The translations under genes and the position numbers were made by a program. The notes under the pieces were generated by a model. It made no database searches. It was not told where the DNA came from and saw nothing but the letters and a program-made list of their open reading frames with translations. A stretch of DNA of 64,000 bases from an uncultured Gammaproteobacteria bacterium (lineage in GTDB: Bacteria > Patescibacteriota > Patescibacteriia > VMEV01 > CAYQCH01), in contig CAZDCG010000004.1 in the NCBI GenBank assembly GCA_964503955.1, positions 16,181-80,180 on the forward strand, in the 5' to 3' direction. Below are positions 55,137 to 64,000 of this stretch, in pieces. Position 1 is the stretch's first letter, and every line of letters begins with the position of its first letter.

Positions 55137-57860
55137 ATGAAGAAACAGAAAACATTTATCATCATCGACGGCAACGCGATTCTGCATCGCGCATGGCATG
55201 CATTACCGCCAACGCTCATGACCAAAGACGGATTGATCGTGAATGCAGTCTTTGGTTTTACATCGATTCTACTCAAGGTTTTCAGCGATCTTAAGCCCGA
55301 TTTTATTGCGGTTGCGTGGGATACGGCGGCCAAGACCGTACGCGCGGAAAAGTATGTTGACTACAAAGCAACACGCGAAAAAAAGGAGCAGGAGCTCTAC
55401 GATCAAATCGAATTGATCCAGGAAATCGTGGCGGCATTTGCCATTCCAAATCTCATGAAAGACGGGTATGAAGCAGATGATATGATCGCGACATTGGCAA
55501 AGCGGGCGAAAAAAGAGGGGCTTTCAACCATCATCGTGACTGGGGATATGGATTTGCTTCAGCTTGTGGATGAATCAACGTTTGTGTACGCATTAAAGAA
55601 AGGAATTTCGCAAACGATTCTGTTTGATCGGGCCGCCGTAAAAGAACGTTATGGATTGTCGCCATTGCAAATCATCGATTATAAGGCGCTCAAAGGCGAT
55701 CCATCTGACAATATCAAAGGAGTAAAAGGAATCGGCGAAAAGAGCGCGATCGAACTGCTGCAGCAATTTGAAACGGTGGAAGGCATTTATGAAGCGATTG
55801 AGTCGGGCAAAACAGCATCCATCAAGCCGGCTCAGCTCAAGAAATTGGTTGATGGGAAAAAAGATGCCCTGCTTTCAAAAGAAATTGTCACATTATATTC
55901 GGATGTACCATGCAAATTTACCTTTGAAGAGGCGGCATTTGGCCGATATAACTTGAATGACGTATTTGAATTGTTCCAACGTTACGAATTCAGGTCTTTG
56001 TTAAGCCGCGTCCCCAAACCTCAGCAGGCGCTTGATTTCGACTCGTCCGCGCCTAAAACTGCCGGATATGTTTACGTGACCACGCCGGATGAATGCGACA
56101 AGGTTGCGGCTTTGCTCAAACAAGCAAAGGCATTCGCCTTTGATACGGAAACAACAGGCTATCGTCCGCTCTATGATGAAATGCTTGGATTAAGCGTAAG
56201 TTTTGAGGAGGAAAAAGCATTTTACATCCATGCAAAAGCCGTCACCGATGCATTAAAGGGGGTGTTTGCTGATTCACAGATCAAGAAAATCGCGCATCAG
56301 GCAAGATTTGACCTGGAGGTGCTCATGAAGGCCGGATTTGAAATCAATAATCTTGTCTTTGATACGAAAATCGCGGCCTATCTGCTTAATCCGGGCAGCA
56401 CATCAACCGGCTTGAAAGATTTGGCCTTTGAAGAATTCGGCGTGCAGATGACCAAGCTTGAGGATTTGCTTGGAAAAGGGAAGAACGCGTTGACGATGCC
56501 TCAGCTGGCTGAACAAAAATCTGAGCAGCTGGCAGAGTATGCTGCAGCCGACGCCGATTTTACCTTCCGGCTCTGGCCGATTCTTGCGAAACGGCTAAAA
56601 GAAGAAGGCTTGGAAACAGTTTTTGCCGAGATAGAAATCCCGCTGATCAGGGTACTGGTCGATATTGAACAAAACGGTGTCGTGCTTGATAAAAGCGTTC
56701 TTGCAAAACTTGCCAAGACATTCCGCAAGCGCATGGACACCATGGAGGAAGAAATTTATACATTGAGCAAAGGTGAATTTAATATCAACTCGCCCCGTCA
56801 ATTAGCCGAAGTCTTGTTTGATCGTTTAGGTTTGCCAACGGAGGGCATCAAAAAAACGAAAAGCGGCTATTCAACCGCGGCCTCTGAACTGGACAAACTC
56901 GCCCCCTTGCATCCGCTGATCAGTTTGATCGGGGATTACCGTGAATTGGCGAAGCTGAAAAGCACCTATATCGATTCACTGCCTGAATTGATTCACCCCA
57001 AAACCGGGCGTGTCCATGGCAGCTTCCATCAGACCGTAGCGGCGACCGGCCGTCTTTCGTCCTCTGATCCGAATCTGCAGAATATTCCGATTCGAACCGA
57101 AGAAGGCAAAAAAATCCGCGAAGCATTTATTGCTCCAAAAGGATACTATCTGCTCAGCTGCGATTATTCGCAATTTGAACTTCGCATTGTCGCTTCGCTC
57201 GCGCAAGATCCTGAAATGATTGATGCCTTCAAAAAAGGAGAAGACATCCACCGCCGCACAGCTGCGCTGATTAACGAAATCAAGCCTGAGCAAGTGACGG
57301 ATGCCATGCGCTATGCCGCCAAAGCAGTGAATTTCGGGATTATTTATGGGCAGGGGCCATGGGGATTATCGCAAACCGCAAAAATCCCTCTGAATGAAGC
57401 GAAAATGTTCATTGAGAAGTACTTTAAAAAGCATGCGGCCATTGAGCGGTATCTGGACAAGGCAAAAGCGGACGCGAAGAAGAAAGGGTATGCGCAGACC
57501 ATGTTCGGACGAAAACGCTATTTGCCTGAAATCAATTCATCCGTGCCGGCTGTCAGAGCGGCTGCAGAGCGCATGGCCATCAATATGCCGATTCAAGGCA
57601 GCCAGGCGGATATCCTCAAAATGGCCATGATCCAGCTGCATGAAGCACTGAAATCACGCTTTTCCCGCGACGAAGTCCGCATGATTTTAACCGTGCATGA
57701 CGAGCTGGTTTTTGAAGTAAAAAAAGAACGGCTCAAGGAAGCCGCTCAGTTTATTCGTGAAGCTATGGAGCATCCAAAAGGTGTCAAGTTGAAGGTACCA
57801 ATGAAAGTGGATGCGGAATTCGGTGAAAACTGGGGAGAAATGCAGCCGGTTGCATTTTAG
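55137..57860 (+). CDS. polA: DNA polymerase I (5'-3' exonuclease, 3'-5' exonuclease-like and polymerase domains)
   Basis: FIIIDGNAILHRAWHA 5'-nuclease N-terminus; polymerase motifs DYSQFELRIVA (motif A), RRTAALINE (motif B-like), and ILTVHDELVFE (motif C). Confidence 0.95.
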   Translation: MKKQKTFIIIDGNAILHRAWHALPPTLMTKDGLIVNAVFGFTSILLKVFSDLKPDFIAVAWDTAAKTVRAEKYVDYKATREKKEQELYDQIELIQEIVAAFAIPNLMKDGYEADDMIATLAKRAKKEGLSTIIVTGDMDLLQLVDESTFVYALKKGISQTILFDRAAVKERYGLSPLQIIDYKALKGDPSDNIKGVKGIGEKSAIELLQQFETVEGIYEAIESGKTASIKPAQLKKLVDGKKDALLSKEIVTLYSDVPCKFTFEEAAFGRYNLNDVFELFQRYEFRSLLSRVPKPQQALDFDSSAPKTAGYVYVTTPDECDKVAALLKQAKAFAFDTETTGYRPLYDEMLGLSVSFEEEKAFYIHAKAVTDALKGVFADSQIKKIAHQARFDLEVLMKAGFEINNLVFDTKIAAYLLNPGSTSTGLKDLAFEEFGVQMTKLEDLLGKGKNALTMPQLAEQKSEQLAEYAAADADFTFRLWPILAKRLKEEGLETVFAEIEIPLIRVLVDIEQNGVVLDKSVLAKLAKTFRKRMDTMEEEIYTLSKGEFNINSPRQLAEVLFDRLGLPTEGIKKTKSGYSTAASELDKLAPLHPLISLIGDYRELAKLKSTYIDSLPELIHPKTGRVHGSFHQTVAATGRLSSSDPNLQNIPIRTEEGKKIREAFIAPKGYYLLSCDYSQFELRIVASLAQDPEMIDAFKKGEDIHRRTAALINEIKPEQVTDAMRYAAKAVNFGIIYGQGPWGLSQTAKIPLNEAKMFIEKYFKKHAAIERYLDKAKADAKKKGYAQTMFGRKRYLPEINSSVPAVRAAAERMAINMPIQGSQADILKMAMIQLHEALKSRFSRDEVRMILTVHDELVFEVKKERLKEAAQFIREAMEHPKGVKLKVPMKVDAEFGENWGEMQPVAF

Positions 57861-58429
57861 GCTTGCGTATCGTGTTGCACGTGATAGGTACGGTATTCGT
57901 AGGCGATACGGTTGACTTCGCGCGAAATCATTTCCGGCTGGGGAATTTGCTGGAACTGGAAGAGATTTTTCGCGGCGGCGGATTGTACCAGCACATTGCC
58001 GTAATTCAGAATGGTTGGAAAAAATCCTTTCACGGTCGCAGACACATCCTGTACCTGGGAGAGATTCTGCTCAGAGACACGGATATTGAATAATCCTTTC
58101 TGCTCTCGATCAACAATGCGGTGGGAGGTGACAATCCATAAATCAAGGTAATAATCGATAAAAACCGTAAACGCGATCACCCAGAGGAAAAGGTAGTACA
58201 GGCTGGCCAGCAGCGTAAGGATCGCCCGGGTCGATTCTGTTTGAAAAAGGGAAGGGAATGAGTCGTCGAAGAAGAAATAGAGCACGACGGGGATGACGGC
58301 AAACATCAAGAGAAAGAGGTATTTCCCGACGATGACAAACCAATGGCGTCTAAGAAAATAGAGAATACGTTCATCGCCGATGCGCTTTTGATTCGGGAGC
58401 CATCTCTCCCAGAGCTGTTGCTGGCTCAT
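57857..58429 (-). CDS. Membrane protein with bacterial PH-like (YdbS/YdbT, DUF304-type) topology, hypothetical
   Basis: Two N-terminal TM helices followed by a roughly 100-aa soluble domain; overlaps the upstream gene by 4 nt. Confidence 0.4.
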   Translation of the reverse strand: MSQQQLWERWLPNQKRIGDERILYFLRRHWFVIVGKYLFLLMFAVIPVVLYFFFDDSFPSLFQTESTRAILTLLASLYYLFLWVIAFTVFIDYYLDLWIVTSHRIVDREQKGLFNIRVSEQNLSQVQDVSATVKGFFPTILNYGNVLVQSAAAKNLFQFQQIPQPEMISREVNRIAYEYRTYHVQHDTQA

Positions 58430-58701
58430 AATGAGAAGTCATTAAAGGAAGCGGGTGATTGAAAGCTTCCGGATCCGGAAAAAACACTCAAGGAATCACT
58501 CCAGTTCACTTGCAGCAGGAAGGTTGATGACGCAAAGAGGATGAACAAAAATCCGGCCAGGAAAATGCCGGTGGCAAAGTAGCTGAGCCTGTCGAAATGT
58601 CCGAAGCGAAACATGTGGTACAGGTTGAAGAGGGCATAGATAACCGCGAGTCCGCAAAGGACAAGGTAAACTGTCAGGAAAAAAGAAAGAGGAATGCCCA
58701 T
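58426..58701 (-). CDS. Small three-TM membrane protein, hypothetical; in an operon with ruvB
   Basis: 91-aa hydrophobic ORF 3 nt downstream of ruvB and overlapping the next gene. Confidence 0.4.
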   Translation of the reverse strand: MGIPLSFFLTVYLVLCGLAVIYALFNLYHMFRFGHFDRLSYFATGIFLAGFLFILFASSTFLLQVNWSDSLSVFSGSGSFQSPASFNDFSL

Positions 58702-58704
58702 ACG

Positions 58705-59709
58705 CTAGGGTTGTTTTAAGCCAAGATGTTTGTAAGCAAGCGATGTGACGAGTCTTCCCCGCGGGGTGCGCTCAATCAGGCCGGCTTGAAGCAAAAAGGG
58801 TTCGCAGACTTCTTCGACCGTGCCGACTTCCTGATCAGTTGCCGCGGCTATGGTGGTTAAACCGACCGGTCCGCCGGAGAATTTATTGATAATGGTGGTA
58901 AGGATCAGGCGGTCAACTTTATCAAGGCCGAGCAAATCAACTTCAAGCAAATCCAGTGCTTCAGACGCGATTTTTGGAGTGAGGTTCCCGCCATGTTTGA
59001 CCTGGCTGTAATCACGGACGCGCTTGAGAAGGCGATTGGCAATGCGCGGCGTTTTCCGTGCGCGGGCGGCAATAGACAGAGCGGTTTCCTGTTCAATTGG
59101 AACGGAGAGCATATGCGCATTGCGTTTGAGAATGGACGCGATTTCTTCGTCTTCGTAGAACGAAAGGTGGAGCAGATTGCCAAAGCGGTCGCGAAGCGGG
59201 GAAGAGAGCAGGCTCATGCGCGTTGTCGCGCCGATAAGTGTGAATTTAGGCAAATCAAGGCGGATCGTTCGCGCGGAAGGGCCTTTTCCAATAACGAGAT
59301 CCAGTGCGTAATCTTCCATGGCGGGATACAGCATTTCTTCAACCGTGCGGTTGAGACGGTGGATTTCATCAATGAATAGAATATCTCCCGGCTGCAAATT
59401 TGTGAGCAGCGCGGCCAGGTCGCCCGTGCGTTCAAGGGCAGGACCGGACGTAATCACAATCTGCGCACCCATTTCCTTGGCGATGATATGCGCCAGGGTT
59501 GTTTTCCCAAGTCCGGGAGAGCCGTACAGGAGCACATGATCAAGCGATTCTTTGCGCTGCTTTGCGGCTTCAATTGCGATCAGCAAATTCGCCTTGATCT
59601 TTTCCTGGCCGACATACTCATCGAGATTTTTCGGGCGCAAAGATTGCTGAAACTGCTGTTCTTCAGCCAATTCGACGCGCTGGGTGGTTTCACTGACAAA
59701 ATCTTGCAT
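58705..59709 (-). CDS. ruvB: Holliday junction branch-migration ATPase RuvB
   Basis: Walker [21 protein letters not shown] sensor region, and C-terminal winged helix. Confidence 0.95.
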   Translation of the reverse strand: MQDFVSETTQRVELAEEQQFQQSLRPKNLDEYVGQEKIKANLLIAIEAAKQRKESLDHVLLYGSPGLGKTTLAHIIAKEMGAQIVITSGPALERTGDLAALLTNLQPGDILFIDEIHRLNRTVEEMLYPAMEDYALDLVIGKGPSARTIRLDLPKFTLIGATTRMSLLSSPLRDRFGNLLHLSFYEDEEIASILKRNAHMLSVPIEQETALSIAARARKTPRIANRLLKRVRDYSQVKHGGNLTPKIASEALDLLEVDLLGLDKVDRLILTTIINKFSGGPVGLTTIAAATDQEVGTVEEVCEPFLLQAGLIERTPRGRLVTSLAYKHLGLKQP

Positions 59710-59853
59710 ATACGCAATTATAACGGAAAAATGAGTTGATTTCTACCGCCAAGGCCTACCCTGTAATTCCTCGATTTACATCCAGTCTTCCCTCTCTACT
59801 TACGTTTAAATCCAAACAGAGAAGTAGCCATGAGTCCGTTTAGATAGATAAAC

Positions 59854-59882
59854 AAAGACGGTCCAGCTTGTGGACCGTCTTT
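59854..59882. terminator. Perfect 12-bp hairpin (aaagacggtcca-gcttg-tggaccgtcttt) flanked by A/T runs; bidirectional terminator-like
   Basis: Direct reading of the sequence. Confidence 0.55.
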
Positions 59883-60506
59883 GAATAACACGTATCGTCT
59901 TTGCGGCTCCGAAAGGAGCCTGCTCTCATCGTGGAGGTGCATCCGCTTTGCGGATGTTGTTTGTTTAATGGTTATCGCCCCCTAGGCTTTTTGGGACGAT
60001 ATACCCGGCTATTGGAACAATTTTCCAAAAACGTCGACTGTGGCATATCGCTCCAGGTGAAAAGGTATGATACACAGATGCAAGTTCTGTATGAATTCCG
60101 TTTCACGAAGACCTTACTGGATACCATCCAAGAAACCCAGATTCGGGAGAGATGGGGCATTGCTTCCTCCTCTGGTGGCTTTCTTGATCGAGACGCTTAG
60201 AGCTACCGAAGTGACAGGTCTTTCTATTGAACGACCAACGGCTCCGGAGACGAGATGAGGAGGAAGCGTCTCTCCCGTACGTCTCGGCGTCAAGAAAGCC
60301 CAGAGGGGAAAACAATGTTGTTAAAAGGGCAGAGTGATTCGAGACTATCTTAACATGGGGGAGCTGGTCTGCAAGTTGTGCTAATATTAGATAAAAAATG
60401 GGGCATTGTGGACACGGTGTGAACAACTCAGGGATAAATGGATAACCGCGCAGCATCAATAATTTATACAATTTCCCTAAGGAAAACTTACGCAGAATAC
60501 ACCGCA

Positions 60507-60806
60507 TTAAGCGGATGGATTCTGCGCGCCGGCTTTGAGCGCGTCTTTTAGCGCTTTTCCGGCTTTAAATTTTGGAATGGTAACGGCCGGAATTTGGATG
60601 CGTTCTTCGGGCTTCTGCGGATTCACACCCATGCGCGCTGAACGAAATTTTGCGGAGAAGGTGCCAAAGCCGGTTAATGTGACTTCATTCCCTTTTGTCA
60701 GGGAATCCGTAATGACATCCAGCATGGTGCGGATAATTTGTTCAACATCTTTTTTGGGAAGGCCGGTTCGCGCAACAATCGCGTCTGCCAGTTCAAATTT
60801 ATTCAT
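60507..60806 (-). CDS. hup: DNA-binding protein HU
   Basis: MNKFELADAIVARTGLPKKDVEQII...GFGTF...RNPQT-like arm (GVNPQKPEERIQIPA). Confidence 0.9.
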   Translation of the reverse strand: MNKFELADAIVARTGLPKKDVEQIIRTMLDVITDSLTKGNEVTLTGFGTFSAKFRSARMGVNPQKPEERIQIPAVTIPKFKAGKALKDALKAGAQNPSA

Positions 60807-60896
60807 AGAGGAGGCGATTAAGTGGTTGAAATAGGTTGAATCATTATAAAAGGTTTGGTCAAGGAATGGTAGTGGAAATCCTTGCGCATGCAAAGC

Positions 60897-61688
60897 TCAG
60901 ACGGCTATTTCCGTTTGCAGCTGGGTGAAGTTGACGGCTTTGTAGTCTTCGCCGGTTTCAAGCAGCACGGCATTGATCATGCAGACGCCTTCTTCCGCAT
61001 AGCGAAAGCCGATCTTTTCTCCGGTCACAAATCGTTTAACAATCACGTCTTTGTCTACGCCGATCACCGAATCTTTTGGGCCAACCATACCTACATCGGA
61101 TATATACGCTGTACCATCGGGCAATATTCTGGCATCTGCGGTTGGAACATGCGTATGGCTGCCGACAACGCACGAAACGCGTCCGTCCAGATGCCATCCT
61201 AAAGCGACTTTTTCAGAGGTGGTTTCCGCGTGGAAATCCACAAAAATGGCGGCGTATTTATGTGGAGGATAGCTTGCCAGAATATGATTTGCGGCAAGAA
61301 ACGGATTGTCGACTTCTTCTTTCATGAAGACCTGTCCCTGCAGATTGATGATGAGCACTTTTTTCCCGCCAATTTCAAGCTCGGCAATGCCTTTGCCTGA
61401 GCGGCGGCTGCCATAATTTTCCGGACGGATCACAACCGGCTTTGATTCCTGCAGGAGTTCCTCACCATTGGGTTTATCCCAGACATGGTTTCCGGACGTG
61501 AAGAATTGCACGCCCGCCTGCTGCAATTCATGAACAGTTTTTGGCGTGATACCTGCTCCATGAGCCACATTTTCCGCATTGGCGATAATCAGGTCGGGTT
61601 GATATTCCTTGATCCATTGCGGGAGTATTGCCCGCACGCCAGCCCGTCCAACCTTGCCAACCACATCGCCGAAGTAGAGGATTTTCAT
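60897..61688 (-). CDS. ymdB: YmdB-family metallophosphoesterase (2',3'-cyclic-nucleotide phosphodiesterase-like)
   Basis: MKILYFGDVVGKVGRAGV...ANAENVAHG...GNHVWD motifs; lies immediately downstream of rny as in Firmicutes. Confidence 0.8.
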   Translation of the reverse strand: MKILYFGDVVGKVGRAGVRAILPQWIKEYQPDLIIANAENVAHGAGITPKTVHELQQAGVQFFTSGNHVWDKPNGEELLQESKPVVIRPENYGSRRSGKGIAELEIGGKKVLIINLQGQVFMKEEVDNPFLAANHILASYPPHKYAAIFVDFHAETTSEKVALGWHLDGRVSCVVGSHTHVPTADARILPDGTAYISDVGMVGPKDSVIGVDKDVIVKRFVTGEKIGFRYAEEGVCMINAVLLETGEDYKAVNFTQLQTEIAV

Positions 61689-61788
61689 ATCAGGAGACGA
61701 ACAGACACACAGACTTTTCAGACGCACAGACCTACTCGCACTGTATCTTGGTCTGTGAGTCTGGCGTTCTGTGATGTCTGTGAGTCTA

Positions 61789-63303
61789 TTATCGAGCGTA
61801 TTCCACGAAACGCTTTTCACGAATCAAATTCACTTTGATTTCACCTGGGTAATTGAGCTCGGTCTGGATATCGTTGGCGATATCGCGGCAAAGCTTCATG
61901 GCCGCCCAGTCATCGACCTTGTCAGAAGCAACAAAGACACGGATTTCTCGTCCTGCCTGAATCGCGTAGGCTTTCTCAACAGAATCGCGGCGGGTTGCGA
62001 CATTTTCAAGTTCGGTCAGGCGCTGGATATACAGCTCATGCGTGTCTCTGCGCGCGCCTGGCCGCCCGCCTGAGATCATATCGGCAACTTTCACGATGAG
62101 CGCTTCAAGGGTCGGAGGAACATCGTCATGATGATTGGCAATCGGGTAGATAATTTCCTCGGGCAAACCGAATTTGCGCCCAAGCACGGCGCCGATTTCC
62201 GGATGCGTTCCCTGTACTTCGTGATCAACCGCTTTTCCGATGTCATGCAGCAGACCTCCTTTGCGGGCAACTCCAACGTCCGCGCCAAGCTCTTCGGCCA
62301 GCAGAGCCGCAAGGTGCGCCACTTCAATCGAATGAAGCAAGACGTTCTGGCCATAACTTGTGCGGTATTTGAGGCGGCCCAGGATGGCGATGATATTTTT
62401 ATCAAGTCCCGCAACGCCGGCTTTATAGGCTGCTTCTTCTCCGGCGCGCTTAAGATCAAGCGCCATTTCCTTTTTGGCGGTTTCAACCACTTCTTCAATG
62501 CGCGCCGGCTGGATGCGTCCGTCGGCAAGCATTTTTTCAAGCGCGCGCTTTGCCAAATGGCGTCGGATGGGGCTGAACGAAGAAATGGTGATGACCTGAG
62601 GGGTATCGTCCACGATCAGCTCAACACCGGTAAGGCGCTCAAGCGTTTTGATATTGCGGCCTTCTTTGCCGATAATACGGCCCTTCATTTCATCGGAAGG
62701 CAAATCCACGATGGTGGTAGTGACTTCCGCAATATGCGATTGCGCCACGCGCTGGATGACATTAGCCAAGACTTTTTTGGCCTTGATTTCCATTTCTTCC
62801 GCAGTCTCGTCTTGCAACTTTCTGACGCGCTGTAAAATTTCAGGCCCCCATTCTTTCTCAACAGACTGCATCAGAACATTCTTTGCGTCTTCACGGCTCA
62901 GCGCTGCCACGCGTTCAAGCTTGGCCAGCTGCTCTTCCTTGATTTTGCGGATTTCTTCCTTGTTTTTTTCGATATCCTGAGCCTTTTCTTGCAAAGCTTC
63001 CTGTTTATCCTGCAATTCCAAAATCTTCTTATCAAAGGCCTCTTCGCGCTGCTCAATGCGCTTCTGCTGCTGGGCGATTTCCTGGCGGCGCTGCTGCTCT
63101 TGCTGGCGCGCTTCATCAAGCGCTCGTTGCGCTTCTTTTTTCGCATTCAGGACCAGGTCTTCGGCCTGGCTCTTTGCTTTCTTTAAAAGATCCTGCGCTT
63201 TTTCTTCCGCGTTCTCGGTCGTCTTTTTGGCAAGCGACTGTCTGAGAACATAGCCCGCGCCGGCTCCAACCAGGAGACCGATCACGATATAAACGAGTTG
63301 CAT
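61789..63303 (-). CDS. rny: Ribonuclease Y
   Basis: N-terminal TM, long coiled-coil, KH domain (GRIIGKEGRNI), and HD domain (LLHDIGKAVDHE). Confidence 0.95.
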   Translation of the reverse strand: MQLVYIVIGLLVGAGAGYVLRQSLAKKTTENAEEKAQDLLKKAKSQAEDLVLNAKKEAQRALDEARQQEQQRRQEIAQQQKRIEQREEAFDKKILELQDKQEALQEKAQDIEKNKEEIRKIKEEQLAKLERVAALSREDAKNVLMQSVEKEWGPEILQRVRKLQDETAEEMEIKAKKVLANVIQRVAQSHIAEVTTTIVDLPSDEMKGRIIGKEGRNIKTLERLTGVELIVDDTPQVITISSFSPIRRHLAKRALEKMLADGRIQPARIEEVVETAKKEMALDLKRAGEEAAYKAGVAGLDKNIIAILGRLKYRTSYGQNVLLHSIEVAHLAALLAEELGADVGVARKGGLLHDIGKAVDHEVQGTHPEIGAVLGRKFGLPEEIIYPIANHHDDVPPTLEALIVKVADMISGGRPGARRDTHELYIQRLTELENVATRRDSVEKAYAIQAGREIRVFVASDKVDDWAAMKLCRDIANDIQTELNYPGEIKVNLIREKRFVEYAR

Positions 63304-63650
63304 AAGGGGGATGCCCCTTCAAATACTGCGATGGATGTCTAAAAACGAAAAGCACGCTGCCTTAGCAGAGCAGCGTCTTAGGATACGGAGTAGTGGTGTA
63401 ATCCGTTCGAGTTGTGTTCGCGTTGTGGCGGTCTGATACCGTCATAATTGTGCGAATGTTAGCTGTATACACCAGAGTTTCTGAGGCAATTCCACCGGAT
63501 CTGAAAGGACGGTTTAATAACAGATGAACAAGCAAACGATAACAGGTTTTTCTCTTCTGGTCAATCGTGTTAAATAGGCGTGGAATATCTTTGTTTTTAG
63601 ACCGTCCTTGTATCCTTATCTTCCTTCATCCTTCTTCTTAATACATGTCA

Positions 63651-63682
63651 CAATCAAAAACACCCTTGGATGAGCAAGGGTG
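63651..63682 (-). terminator. Rho-independent terminator of clpP (cacccttg-ctcatc-caagggtg + tttttgattg on the minus strand)
   Basis: 8-bp stem plus T-run about 20 nt after the clpP stop. Confidence 0.7.
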
Positions 63683-63703
63683 TTCTCGTAGACGAGGGCG
63701 GAT

Positions 63704-64000
63704 TTACTTCTTCTCGATAATCTTATCAACCAGTCCGTACTTCTGGGCTTCAGGAGCTCCCATGAAATAATCGCGGTCCGCGTCTTTTTCAATCGTCTTC
63801 ATGTCCTGGCCGGTATGCTTTGAGAGGATTTCGTTCAGCTTATTTTTGATTTTGAGGATATGCTCGGCATGAATCTGAATGTCGGAAGCTTGTCCCTGTG
63901 CGCCCCCCATGACCTGATGGATCATGATTTCCGCATTTGGCAAGGCAAAGCGTTTCCCGGCTGCCCCTGAAGCGAGCAGGACTGCGCCCATGCTGGCCGC
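63704..64000 (-). CDS. clpP: ATP-dependent Clp protease proteolytic subunit (C-terminal part; the gene continues beyond the window)
   Basis: ...[81 protein letters not shown] matches the ClpP C-terminus. Confidence 0.9.
   Translation of the reverse strand, partial: AASMGAVLLASGAAGKRFALPNAEIMIHQVMGGAQGQASDIQIHAEHILKIKNKLNEILSKHTGQDMKTIEKDADRDYFMGAPEAQKYGLVDKIIEKK

Noticed and set aside
62128-62835. 235-aa plus-strand ORF antisense to rny
   Set aside because: rny has unmistakable KH/HD motifs on the minus strand; the antisense ORF is low complexity.

Overview
This 64 kb window is a gene-dense chromosomal segment of about 48-50 % GC. Its gene content suggests a small-genome, Patescibacteria/CPR-like bacterium, although that assignment is only a guess. 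It lacks a 16S gene next to the 23S, its 23S carries a group I intron encoding a LAGLIDADG endonuclease, and it encodes a giant cysteine-rich surface protein together with LTD, SpoIID, LysM-M23 and FemAB-like cell-wall proteins. Housekeeping genes I recognise with confidence are rpsT, leuS, rsmA/ksgA, lspA, a ComM/YifB ATPase, pgk, rdgB/Ham1, glmS, polA, ruvB, HU, ymdB, rny and clpP (partial); holA is a lower-confidence call (0.6). There is also a 23S(intron)-5S rRNA unit and a tRNA-Leu(TAG). The most unusual feature is a roughly 2.1 kb segment at about 16545-18640 with about 70-75 % GC and actinobacterial-style codon usage. It sits in a 3.6 kb gene-poor gap and carries five tiny same-strand ORFs, one with an Lsr2-like DNA-binding motif. 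Other notable items follow. A 7.5 kb ORF encodes a 2499-aa cysteine-rich extracellular protein with CBM-like modules, preceded by a Ca-binding-repeat partner gene. The tRNA-Leu gene is flanked by duplicated 5' and 3' tRNA fragments that look like attachment-site scars. A SucC-like/SucD-like/citrate-synthase-like trio looks like a split ATP-citrate-lyase-type system (citryl-CoA synthetase plus lyase). A UDP-GlcNAc cluster (TrmB regulator, GlmU-N-like nucleotidyltransferase, HAD, glmS) lies about 10 kb from the GlmU-like hexapeptide acyltransferase domain. There is an EndoQ-like PHP nuclease, and a histone-H1-like gene with a perfect 13-bp inverted repeat in the divergent polA promoter. Several 0.3-0.75 kb ORF-free stretches look like structured ncRNAs that I could not classify. 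A family of short dispersed repeats recurs at the edges of these features. No CRISPR array, integrase, transposase or recognisable defence system was seen.
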